Below are positions 1 to 6,745 of a stretch of DNA of 32,973 nucleotides, in pieces. Within the stretch, counting starts at the first letter, position 1. Every line of letters starts with the position of its first letter. A model generated the notes under the pieces. It did not search any database. It was not told the origin of the DNA and saw only the letters and a list, made by a program, of their open reading frames with translations. The position numbers and the translations under genes were made by a program. Source of the stretch: a virus (taxonomy: Duplodnaviria; Caudoviricetes); the IMG/VR virus record IMGVR_UViG_3300017649_000013, positions 1 through 32,973 of that record; one strand, written 5' to 3'.

Positions 1-219
1 CGCCAGAAACATGCCACACCACGGCACCACGATTGCCCCGTCCATGCCGAACGTGGGTTGTGCAAGCTTGCGAAACTGCCGGTACGATATCGGCCCGCAG
101 TTGCGCACCTCGCCGTTGAACTCGTTCGACGTGGGTTTATTGTAGCTGTTGATATAGAGGCTGTGCCGCGAGAACACGCGCTTGAGTGCTTCGCGCTGCG
201 CTCTGGTTGTCTTCACCAT
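1..219 (-). CDS. Small hypothetical phage protein, runs off the left edge (MVKTTRAQREALKRVF...SYRQFRKLAQPTFGMDGAIVVPWCGMFLA...)
   Basis: Hand-translated open frame from ATG at 219 to the window edge. The RBS (AGGAGG) lies inside the palindrome at 223-240. Not in the ORF track because there is no stop codon in the window. Confidence 0.8.
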   Translation of the reverse strand, partial: MVKTTRAQREALKRVFSRHSLYINSYNKPTSNEFNGEVRNCGPISYRQFRKLAQPTFGMDGAIVVPWCGMFLA

Positions 220-222
220 GTT

Positions 223-240
223 GTTACCTCCTGTGGTAAT
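223..240. repeat. GTTACC box (N6): GTTACC TCCTGT GGTAAT
   Basis: Contains the RBS of the gene starting at 219. Confidence 0.85.
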
Positions 241-590
241 CAGTAGTTGCGCGATGCCGTCTGCGTCACCAAGAAGAACCCTCCACCCATCGAATGCACA
301 TTGGTAACGGTGGTGGACCAGCACCCGCAGCAATCGTACTCGTGGCTGCACCCGTGGCGCGAGAACGTATCCATGATAGCAAGCTTCACCGCCTCATTAT
401 CCTTTGGTTCGTTCGTGGTGACACGGAGCAGCATTTGAATTAGCGTGGGTTCGCATGGGTCTTCGTGGTCCTGCACCTCGGCATTGCGCTCTATGATTTC
501 AGCGGTGCCGATGTCCTCCCACTCATCCAAGTGTGCCCACGTCCCGACATACTTATTCGTCTTGCGAACAGATAAGGTCGTGCTTTCCAT
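240..590 (-). CDS. Hypothetical protein (116 aa) with a Cys/His cluster (GCSHEYDCCGCW)
   Basis: Part of ORF 240..689. Start reassigned to MESTT at 590 because it has the same AGGAGG-containing leader as the gene starting at 219. Confidence 0.75.
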   Translation of the reverse strand: MESTTLSVRKTNKYVGTWAHLDEWEDIGTAEIIERNAEVQDHEDPCEPTLIQMLLRVTTNEPKDNEAVKLAIMDTFSRHGCSHEYDCCGCWSTTVTNVHSMGGGFFLVTQTASRNY

Positions 591-591
591 T

Positions 592-609
592 GTTACCTCC
601 TGTGGTAAT
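592..609. repeat. GTTACC box (N6): GTTACC TCCTGT GGTAAT
   Basis: Identical to 223-240. Contains the RBS of the gene starting at 590. Confidence 0.85.
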
Positions 610-697
610 GGCGGTGGACGGCTGCACCTTGGGACTTGGAAGGGAGATGCAACCGCCCACCTTATGGTGCGATGGTTGACTGTGGCCACGCACCAAT

Positions 698-1387
698 TCA
701 GATATCGCCACGCTTTATGGCGAGCACCACTTGCCCCGGCACCTTGTACGCCTGCGCGATAAGCTGCGGGTGGCGCGGGTCTTTCCGTATCGCCTCATGC
801 ATGGCTTTGTGCGCCGTGTGCATGGCGTCGTTGTCGTAAAGCTGCCGGTTGTATTCGTATTTGATGCGGTTGACCGTGGCCACGGTGATACCATATGCCT
901 GCGCAATCTCCGCATACGGCCTGCGCTCAAACACGATGCGTTCCTTCTCTTCATCAGTCAATGGTCCGCGACCAGACTTGAACGGACGCCCGCGCCTGCG
1001 CTCCACACCACGGTTCGCCTCTTCCACCATCTTCCTGACAGTGTACGCCTTGCTGCGGTCGTACTCATCGCGCGGGATATAAGGCACATTCTTATACCTG
1101 CCGATCTGCTTAACGCGCATGATTGTTGTGATGCTCACACCTTCAGCCATGGCTATCTCGGCCAAGGTCCGTTGGTCTGCCCGTATGCGCTCGACTTCCT
1201 TCCGGTAGAACTTGGGAACACGCCCGCCGCGCTTGGACGGCGGCTTCACCCCGTTCCACAATTCATCCTCGATCTGGGTGAGCACGCGCTTGCGCTGCGG
1301 CGGCGTCGATCCGTCTTCGTAGCTCAAAGCGGTGATTGCATCCGCGAGCAAGTCCATCGGATCATCCGGCCTTTCATCATTTACCAT
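698..1387 (-). CDS. Putative DNA-binding protein with three HTH-like repeats
   Basis: Repeats ERIRADQRTLAEIAMAEGVSITTIMRVK, ERIVFERRPYAEIAQAYGITVATVNRIK and EAIRKDPRHPQLIAQAYKVPGQVVLAIK, with basic linkers (KRGGRVPK, RRRGRP). AGGAG RBS and a sigma70-type promoter upstream. Confidence 0.75.
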   Translation of the reverse strand: MVNDERPDDPMDLLADAITALSYEDGSTPPQRKRVLTQIEDELWNGVKPPSKRGGRVPKFYRKEVERIRADQRTLAEIAMAEGVSITTIMRVKQIGRYKNVPYIPRDEYDRSKAYTVRKMVEEANRGVERRRGRPFKSGRGPLTDEEKERIVFERRPYAEIAQAYGITVATVNRIKYEYNRQLYDNDAMHTAHKAMHEAIRKDPRHPQLIAQAYKVPGQVVLAIKRGDI

Positions 1388-1396
1388 CGTGGTAAC
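1380..1396. repeat. GTTACC box (N5): TTTACC ATCGT GGTAAC
   Basis: Covers the start codon of the triple-HTH gene. Confidence 0.8.
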
Positions 1397-1461
1397 TCCT
1401 GTCTGTTTGCCTCGACCACCCCTAGCGCGGCTGCACCGCTCCCTTGGTGGTTACAATGCGT

Positions 1462-1490
1462 GATATAACAAGTTGCTAGGGGGTTGTCAA
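1462..1490 (-). promoter_or_regulatory. Sigma70-type promoter TTGACA-N17-TATATC with extended -10 TG, upstream of the triple-HTH gene
   Basis: Minus strand reads TTGACA ACCCCCTAGCAACTTGT TATATC, closely resembling the promoter at 4661-4689. Confidence 0.75.
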
Positions 1491-1628
1491 TGAAAATAAT
1501 ATTTATAACGCAAACTCTGTGTATAGAGCGGCGGCAGAGCAGCCCAATGGGTCCAAAACGTAGACTAGCATTGTTTGGATTATGACATATATAATGGATC
1601 ACTATTATGCTACTTGGGTTGATTTACA

Positions 1629-1643
1629 TTAAGCGCATTTTAA
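1629..1643. promoter_or_regulatory. Possible CtrA box (TTAA-N7-TTAA)
   Basis: TTAA GCGCATT TTAA in an intergenic region. The region is AT-rich, so a chance match is possible. Confidence 0.35.
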
Positions 1644-1658
1644 TGGCCTAATTATATT

Positions 1659-2316
1659 GTCAATTGGGATACCACCCCATTGGCTCCCCGATAGTTCGCC
1701 GCTAATTCCGGGCATTACTGGAAAACTAGCATTTTCATAAATCAACCCAACTAGCATTTGGATGCTACTTAGATCGATTTACATGCGCTTTAGACGTAAA
1801 ATTTTAGGTAGTGAAATCAATGGGTTACGAGGGGATTTAATGTTAGCCGAAATTAAAAACCTATTACAATATTAGGGTTTGACGTGTTTGGTATCCCGCA
1901 AAGTATGATAATTGGTTTAATGGTGCGGCAGGGCGATGGTGTTATGGTCACCAAAAGATACTAAGTCACCGGCCCCTCGAATTATAGGGATACCATCGTC
2001 ATTTCTGTTTTTATAATACTCTATATAATCCTACTAACCAATAAAACTTTTTCGCTGCCGTCCTCATATACATGCTACTATCTGGATACCACCCCCTTGG
2101 TTCCCCGATACTTTGCAACAATTCACCACCGGCTGCTCAGCGCATGTCGCATGAGTGCGCGTTTCGGTGGGAGGCTTGCACCTCTGCCGGGTCAATTGTT
2201 GGGAACTATCGGGCTGCCACCCCCATGGTATCCCGATACTTCCATGGATACCTGTTGGCTACCTCTTGTATACATGCAAACTATCGGGATACCACCCCCA
2301 TGGTATCCCGACACTT
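1659..2316. repeat. Four copies of a 38-bp palindromic repeat, consensus AACTATCGGGATACCA-CCCCCA-TGGTATCCCGATA(C/G)TT
   Basis: Copies at 1659-1696, 2076-2113, 2204-2241 and 2279-2316 align without gaps. Half copies at 1889-1898 and 1987-1995. Confidence 0.85.
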
Positions 2317-2322
2317 CCCTAT

Positions 2323-2616
2323 TTAGCGGATGCGCTCGCAGCGGATCGAAACCGTGCCATGAGGTATCACCGCGTGACGCTGTGCAGCTTCACACGTTGA
2401 ACCATTGCCCGCTTCAAACACGTTACCATCTGAGGTAACGGCGACCAGCGTATAGAACTCTGTGGGTGGAGGGGAACCTAGCCATTGGGTGATCACGATA
2501 AGCCCTAAGGCGCATGTCACTACCCAATGCAAAGTGCGCCGGATACGTTCCCAAAATTCAGCACGCATTTGCTGCTGCCGACGCGTGCCGGGATAACGGG
2601 CATTATATCTCACCAT
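2323..2616 (-). CDS. Hypothetical protein with one predicted transmembrane segment
   Basis: 97-aa ORF with hydrophobic stretch WVVTCALGLIVITQWL, packed directly against the upstream gene. Confidence 0.6.
   Translation of the reverse strand: MVRYNARYPGTRRQQQMRAEFWERIRRTLHWVVTCALGLIVITQWLGSPPPTEFYTLVAVTSDGNVFEAGNGSTCEAAQRHAVIPHGTVSIRCERIR
2422..2439. repeat. GTTACC box (N6): GTTACC ATCTGA GGTAAC
   Basis: Perfect arms, intragenic. Confidence 0.85.
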
Positions 2617-2617
2617 A

Positions 2618-2965
2618 TCACCTTTGCGTGTTTAGCTTGACGGCCACATGGAAATCGACACCCGCATTCACGTCGCAGGCTATCCCATACATGTCATCAT
2701 CGAGCGCGCCCAGCTTGCGTGCTTCGTTGAATTGTTCTTCCGAAAGTGGACAATTCGGAAAGCCGTAATTCGCCATATATTCTTGGAACTCGGCATAAGC
2801 CTCGAAGCCCTTCTTGATGACGGGGTCGTCCCATTCATAGATATACGCGTCGGCAAGGCTGGATTCAATTTCCTTGAGTCCTTCCTTGGCAACGTTGATC
2901 GCGGCTTCTTCACTGTCAGCTATGACAGCAAACCGGACAACTGCTTCCAATACGTACTCAGTCAT
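2618..2965 (-). CDS. Acidic hypothetical protein (about 115 aa)
   Basis: Part of ORF 2618..3079. Start reassigned to MTEYV at 2965 (alternative 2977) because the longer start would span the terminator at 2999-3031. Confidence 0.7.
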   Translation of the reverse strand: MTEYVLEAVVRFAVIADSEEAAINVAKEGLKEIESSLADAYIYEWDDPVIKKGFEAYAEFQEYMANYGFPNCPLSEEQFNEARKLGALDDDMYGIACDVNAGVDFHVAVKLNTQR

Positions 2966-2966
2966 T

Positions 2967-2983
2967 GTTACCCCCATGGTAAA
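2967..2983. repeat. GTTACC box (N5): GTTACC CCCAT GGTAAA
   Basis: Lies at the RBS/start of 2618..2965. Confidence 0.75.
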
Positions 2984-2998
2984 ACCATATAACCACAC

Positions 2999-3031
2999 AA
3001 AAAGAAGGCGGCTGGATCGCTCCAACCGCCT
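2999..3031 (-). terminator. Rho-independent terminator
   Basis: Minus strand has an 11-bp stem AGGCGGTTGGA/TCCAGCCGCCT, a GCGA tetraloop, then TCTTTTT, just after the stop of 3060..3800. Confidence 0.8.
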
Positions 3032-3059
3032 CAAATTTCTATGGTTTGGTGGTGAAAGA

Positions 3060-3800
3060 TCAGGCCAGCTTGAGGCCAAGAGCGGCAGCCTGTTGCATAA
3101 GCTGGGCGCGCTTCTCTGCCATGTGCAGCTTGTCCAGCCGTTCCTTAATCGCGTGGTAGGCCGCTTCTGTCAGTTCGTCCGTGTCCTGAAGCTTGTCACG
3201 GTTTTCGCCAGTCACAAGGCTTTCGAGCTTCTTCAGGATGGAAGACAACTCACCTTCCAACGTCTTTTCGCGTGCCTCGTCCTTGCGGCAAAGGTCGCCA
3301 AGCGCTTCGTCGTCAAGCGGCTGGTCCGTCTTAAGCTGGGACCGCGCAACTTCTACATAGAAGGGGTAAGCAGGCTTCACCTTCACATCGTCGGCGATCA
3401 TGTTTTCACGCACCTGAAAAGCGCGCTGCATCACATCAACCGCGTCAATTGTTGTCATGCAGCCCATGGCGATAAGCTGTTTTAGCTTGGAGATGTTCGC
3501 CTTCTTTCCACCCGCCGAATGCTCGTGGATTGCCTTCCTGCTTTCGGCAGCAGCATAGCGCGTATAGATGTTCGTCGCCGCGTCATTGCCTTTGTCATCT
3601 TTGGTTGTGGCGTCAATCACACCATCGGCAGCAGCCTTCACCACGGCATGGGCAAGCTTGGGCAAGCTGTCGCGGCCAAGCGAAGCTTCCTCGCCAAGCT
3701 TCGACACGTTTTTCATCAGGTCGGAAAAACGCTTGTCATTCTTCTGGGCGTCGGTGATGTTGGTCGTTTCAGTTTCGTTGGTCTGGATTTCAGCGTTCAT
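3060..3800 (-). CDS. Hypothetical alpha-helical protein (246 aa)
   Basis: Long ORF with AAGGA RBS and its own terminator. No motif recognised. Confidence 0.85.
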   Translation of the reverse strand: MNAEIQTNETETTNITDAQKNDKRFSDLMKNVSKLGEEASLGRDSLPKLAHAVVKAAADGVIDATTKDDKGNDAATNIYTRYAAAESRKAIHEHSAGGKKANISKLKQLIAMGCMTTIDAVDVMQRAFQVRENMIADDVKVKPAYPFYVEVARSQLKTDQPLDDEALGDLCRKDEAREKTLEGELSSILKKLESLVTGENRDKLQDTDELTEAAYHAIKERLDKLHMAEKRAQLMQQAAALGLKLA

Positions 3801-3844
3801 GATAGTTTCCTTTCATGGCGGTTGTTAGGGCCTGTTACCCGTTA

Positions 3845-3862
3845 GTTACCTTATGAGGTAAT
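3845..3862. repeat. GTTACC box (N6): GTTACC TTATGA GGTAAT
   Basis: Upstream of 3060..3800, with an extra half-site at 3834-3839. Confidence 0.8.
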
Positions 3863-4143
3863 GGCCCGACTTTCAAGTGGTAGGGCCTTAACTATTGCGA
3901 CGTATGATCACGTTTTTCAGCAATAGTTAATGAGCGGGCAAGTTTCCCTGCCCGCCTGTTAACCATTGCGTTTAGCAGATACCATCGCAAAATGCGTGGG
4001 CCTAGCCTTGCTGGCGCGGTCCCTTTTTCAGAGGTTCAAAAGGTATTCATCCATACCTGCCGCGTATCATCCAGCGTGCCTTTTGCCTAACAGCGGCCAT
4101 TCAGAACGGCTCTCCCGTTCCTATCCTATCGTGCCCTGATACC

Positions 4144-4161
4144 GTTACCAACCGTGGTAAC
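4144..4161. repeat. GTTACC box (N6): GTTACC AACCGT GGTAAC
   Basis: Perfect arms, non-coding region. Confidence 0.85.
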
Positions 4162-4460
4162 ACCACCAAAGCCGTTATAGGGCGTAGCGCCTATCAGCAA
4201 AGTCTAGGTTTCCATAAGTCAGCCGCCCAGAACGGCCCGTTCCCTGAAGGTTCCCCGCTCACCTTTCGGCGGCTGGCTTGCACTTGGCGATGGGTGAGTT
4301 AGTCCCAACTACCGGCTCCGTGGTCACCACGGCCATGCCTGCAAGCCTTATCGCGTTAGCGCCAAGCAGCTGCCCTTCCGCGCCGCTACCTATGATCCCG
4401 GTAGCTGGGTCCGTCGCTCCTTTCGTTCGTTGGTTGGTCTTACATCCTAGGGAATGGGAG

Positions 4461-4478
4461 GTTACCCCGGGGGGTAAT
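4461..4478. repeat. GTTACC box (N6): GTTACC CCGGGG GGTAAT
   Basis: Overlaps the first run of the G-tract. Confidence 0.8.
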
Positions 4479-4506
4479 TGGCAGGGGGGGAGGGGGGGCC
4501 GGGGGG
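4469..4506 (+). other. Four G-runs (G6, G7, G7, G6) at the transcription strand switch
   Basis: GGGGGG TAATTGGCA GGGGGGG A GGGGGGG CC GGGGGG, followed by a strongly A/C-skewed tract at about 4560-4710. Confidence 0.7.
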
Positions 4507-4660
4507 CCTTTAGGTATTTGAAAAATATAGATTATATAAAATCGGAACGTCTACCTCGTGTTAACCATACCACCATAAAACCAACTAACCCCACCCGCCC
4601 AAAACCACTAAAACACCCCTCCAAAAAATACCCGACCCCCAAAATAATTTCATCTACCCC

Positions 4661-4689
4661 TTGACAACCCCTATGAACCCTGTTATATA
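4661..4689 (+). promoter_or_regulatory. Sigma70-type promoter TTGACA-N17-TATATA with extended -10 TG
   Basis: TTGACA ACCCCTATGAACCCTGT TATATA, about 40 nt upstream of the first rightward ATG at 4729. Confidence 0.8.
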
Positions 4690-4728
4690 CAAAGCATAAA
4701 CCAAAACACCTCCCGGGGAAGATAAACA

Positions 4729-4803
4729 ATGGGGTTGAACGCTTCAGAAATTTTACTGCTGATGTTTGCCGTGCTCGTTGGCATAATGGTGTTGGCCATA
4801 TGA
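4729..4803 (+). CDS. 24-aa hydrophobic micropeptide MGLNASEILLLMFAVLVGIMVLAI
   Basis: Hand-translated. GGGGAAG RBS-like sequence, first ORF after the promoter, ATGA overlap with the next ORF. Confidence 0.5.
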   Translation: MGLNASEILLLMFAVLVGIMVLAI

Positions 4804-4934
4804 ACTTGCTGCCGGAACTTCGACCTATGCCGCTTCCTGATCCCCATCGTTTCGAGCATGGTGTATTGCTCGGACTTGTCCTTGGTGTTGTGGTGTCAAT
4901 GATCCTGCTTCTCTACCTTCTGTGGGGTGGATGA
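4800..4934 (+). CDS. 44-aa single-TM protein (...HGVLLGLVLGVVVSMILLLYLLWGG)
   Basis: Hand-translated. ATGA-coupled at both ends, with a clear TM helix. Confidence 0.6.
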   Translation: MNLLPELRPMPLPDPHRFEHGVLLGLVLGVVVSMILLLYLLWGG

Positions 4935-5020
4935 TGGTCACGGCCTCCGTGCCACTTGCCGTGTCCTATCTAGGGTATATGACACACGCCCGTATGATGG
5001 ACGGGGATGACGCGGTTTGA
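4931..5020 (+). CDS. Possible 29-aa peptide MMVTASVPLAVSYLGYMTHARMMDGDDAV
   Basis: ATGA-coupled to the previous ORF and ends immediately before the box at 5023. Confidence 0.35.
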   Translation: MMVTASVPLAVSYLGYMTHARMMDGDDAV

Positions 5021-5022
5021 TG

Positions 5023-5040
5023 GTTACCACACGAGGTAAC
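5023..5040. repeat. GTTACC box (N6): GTTACC ACACGA GGTAAC
   Basis: Perfect arms, intergenic before 5073. Confidence 0.9.
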
Positions 5041-5072
5041 GGAACCTTTGGTGCAGAACAGGAGCGCAAAAA

Positions 5073-5543
5073 ATGACCACACCAGACCATGCGGGGCTGA
5101 TCGCGGAAGCGATTACCGAACATTGGGGTGAACGATGCCCCGACTACGCCGGTGATTGTCCGACCTGCCAAGCGTGGGAGCAGTTCGATGACCTCCGCAG
5201 CCTCCTAGAGAGCAACGCGGCGTTGGAGCGGGATGAGGCGCGTGCCATTCGCTCGGCGTATGACGATCTTCTCCGGGCGCATAGCATTCTCCAGTCGCAA
5301 CATCGCGAGCAGCAGGAGCGCGCAAACGAAAACTCACGCCGTGCCGAAGCCGCCGAAGCCGAGCGCGACCGGCTCGCGGAGCGCGTGGCGGAGCTGGAGC
5401 GGGAGCTAGAGATGTGGCGGGAAGTGAAGCATTCATCGCACTGGAAGGCCCGCGCCGAAGCAGCCGACGCCCGCGTGAAGGAGCTTGAGGCAGAGGCCGC
5501 CCGCCGCGCCCTCGAAGCACAGGGAGGCGGGGATGGTGAGTGA
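5073..5543 (+). CDS. Coiled-coil hypothetical protein with N-terminal Cys motif (CPDYAGDCPTC)
   Basis: AGGAG RBS. Heptad-rich segments with repeated RAEAAEA-type sequence. Confidence 0.8.
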   Translation: MTTPDHAGLIAEAITEHWGERCPDYAGDCPTCQAWEQFDDLRSLLESNAALERDEARAIRSAYDDLLRAHSILQSQHREQQERANENSRRAEAAEAERDRLAERVAELERELEMWREVKHSSHWKARAEAADARVKELEAEAARRALEAQGGGDGE

Positions 5544-6066
5544 GATCAGCGAGAAGGAAGCGCTTTCCCTAGCGCGCGGTGTCTTGGCGCAAATTATGTC
5601 TGCCGGACACAATATGCCGGGACCAACCGCAGAAGACATAGAAAAAGCATTCTGGGCTACTGACTCCGCCCTCGCCAGAGCGGAAGCCAATGCCGGGGAG
5701 CCGGTGGGCGGCATGTATGGAGAATATACGCCGATCACTGTAGGCACCAGCACAGCCCACCCCGCCCCGCAGCCATTAATCCGAGCCATGTTTGAAACCG
5801 TCGATGAGACAATACCGGTGACGGGCACAACAGAAGCCACGATAAAACGCGTGGAGCAAAATGACGATGGTTCCTACACGGTTGTTATCGATCACTGGCC
5901 GCAGCCGAGCGGGCCGGTGGAGGCACTGCGCGAGACACTCGTTGAAGCTGGTGAGTTCGTTGCGACCGTGTTTGGAGAGAACCAGCCTGCACGGAGTTGG
6001 GCTTATGGTCTACGCAGGAAGATTGACGAAGCCCTCTCCGCCCTCACGGGCAAGTATACATCTTAA
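5533..6066 (+). CDS. Hypothetical protein
   Basis: Part of ORF 5485..6066. Start at ATG 5533 after GGAGG, overlapping the previous stop. Confidence 0.7.
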   Translation: MVSEISEKEALSLARGVLAQIMSAGHNMPGPTAEDIEKAFWATDSALARAEANAGEPVGGMYGEYTPITVGTSTAHPAPQPLIRAMFETVDETIPVTGTTEATIKRVEQNDDGSYTVVIDHWPQPSGPVEALRETLVEAGEFVATVFGENQPARSWAYGLRRKIDEALSALTGKYTS

Positions 6067-6078
6067 CTCCTGTCGCCG

Positions 6079-6294
6079 ATGAAAAGAACCACCCCTGACC
6101 ATATCCTGATCGAAGCCACAGCCTCTTTATGCGGGGAGTTCGCAATAATTTGCTCCTGCTGCTTGGGCAAGTCATATGAGACGCGGGTATGGGGAGGGTG
6201 GTCGAGATGTGGACAATGTGGGGGGACAGGGTATGATTACCTTGGACCGAAGACCAGAGAAGCACTGGAAGCCATGGAGAAGGCAGATGACTGA
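6079..6294 (+). CDS. Small zinc-finger protein (CxxCxG...CxxCxGxG)
   Basis: CSCCLG and CGQCGGTG motifs resemble DnaJ-type Zn repeats. Confidence 0.65.
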   Translation: MKRTTPDHILIEATASLCGEFAIICSCCLGKSYETRVWGGWSRCGQCGGTGYDYLGPKTREALEAMEKADD

Positions 6295-6745
6295 AGTTAC
6301 CACGCAAGGTAACGTTGTGGAGTTCCCGAAAAAGGAAGAGGATGAACTCGTTCTCGTGTGCGGTGTTTGCGAATGCATGACGTTTTACCTGCATTCGAGC
6401 GGTGCCGTCCAGTGCTCCAACTGCAAGAATTTCTCGTCCCGCCCATCGTGTGACGGCGTGGAGTGGCGCAAGAACCTTCCCCCGGTGCCGGAGGAAGAAG
6501 ATATCAAAGACACCCAAGGCTTGGTAAGCGTGCACGCTCTGGGGTCGCCGGGGGTGGCTAAGGACTTCACCATCAAGAAGATCGAGCAGTGGAGTAAGAA
6601 TGACGAGGTGGCGCTTATAGCCGCATTCAGCAAGGATGGGCATGGGCAGCATTGGGCGGGCATAACCAACGATGAGCAGCGTGATTGGTGCATCAGACAG
6701 CTTAATCGTGTTATTGAGCACATTTCGGCTGCGAAGTTTGATTGA
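6287..6745 (+). CDS. Hypothetical protein with a Zn-ribbon (CGVC...CSNC)
   Basis: Part of ORF 6176..6745. Start MTEVTTQ at 6287 after GGAGAAGG. Confidence 0.75.
   Translation: MTEVTTQGNVVEFPKKEEDELVLVCGVCECMTFYLHSSGAVQCSNCKNFSSRPSCDGVEWRKNLPPVPEEEDIKDTQGLVSVHALGSPGVAKDFTIKKIEQWSKNDEVALIAAFSKDGHGQHWAGITNDEQRDWCIRQLNRVIEHISAAKFD
6296..6313. repeat. GTTACC box (N6): GTTACC ACGCAA GGTAAC
   Basis: Consensus copy in codons 4-9 of 6287..6745. Confidence 0.9.

Larger units (their letters stand above)
3801..4460. other. Long non-coding region rich in hairpins (candidate structured leader or ncRNA)
   Basis: No credible ORF. Inverted repeats at 3888-3898/3920-3930, 3934-3955, 4104-4120 and 4221-4274. 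Contains or abuts three GTTACC boxes. Confidence 0.4.

Noticed and set aside
1659-2316. 38-bp palindromic repeats as a CRISPR array
   Set aside because: Gaps are irregular (379, 90, 37 bp), copies are degenerate, the palindrome spans the whole repeat, and there are no cas genes in the window.
2072-2438. Three overlapping plus-strand ORFs with repeated peptides
   Set aside because: They are translations of the DNA repeats in all three frames, with no clear RBS.
4278-4664. 128-aa plus-strand ORF
   Set aside because: It runs through the G-tract and the low-complexity A/C tract upstream of the promoter, has a TTG start, and is not protein-like.
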